A stretch of 20,000 bases of DNA, from the NCBI GenBank assembly GCA_008632985.1, contig QPGO01000107.1, forward strand, positions 298,929 to 318,928, in the 5' to 3' direction. A program made the position numbers and the translations under genes. This stretch comes from Psammoneis japonica. Taxonomy: Eukaryota. Below are positions 19,778 to 20,000 of this stretch, in pieces. The notes below the pieces were generated by a model. It was not told where the DNA came from. It made no database searches and saw nothing but the letters and a program-made list of their open reading frames with translations. Positions within the stretch are counted from its first letter, which is position 1. Each line of letters opens with the position of its first letter.

Positions 19778-20000
19778 TGTTTTGTTGTTGGATTATTCAA
19801 ATTGTCGTGAGTAACAGTTACGACTATTGCATCCACACGCCGACGTTGTTGGCGTCGTTTTTGCTGTAACAGTATGAAAGCAAAAGTTGAAAGTTCAGAA
19901 AAGTGTGGTCGCAAGACGATGTCGCGCGTCGCCCGCGCGCGCCACATTCTTCCCCCCCAAACATGGACAAACGTCCAGACGTCCATCTGTTCTGTCGCGC

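Overview
Eukaryotic window, most consistent with a pennate diatom (short GT-AG introns, a bipartite plastid-targeting-like presequence, diatom-type Copia motifs; taxon is inferred). Host genes with normal composition are a class-3 lipase (minus, 3229-4468), a GT23/NodZ-like fucosyltransferase, FAM192A/PSME3IP1, an APH/methylthioribose-kinase-like gene and LYAR (14007-19777). Three of these carry isolated 1-nt indels that look like assembly errors. Between them lie transposon graveyards (about 1-2520 and 5340-13570), including a minus-strand Ty1/copia relic with a nested Mutator-like block and two MITEs. The main observation is that these old-repeat domains have lost almost all CpG and also almost all TpA, both apparently converted to TpG/CpA. 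I found no TA between 7926 and 9994, and conserved Tyr codons read His or Cys. This is the opposite of fungal RIP at TpA and suggests a repeat-targeted A:T->G:C hypermutation process alongside 5mC decay. A younger MITE inside the domain is unaffected.
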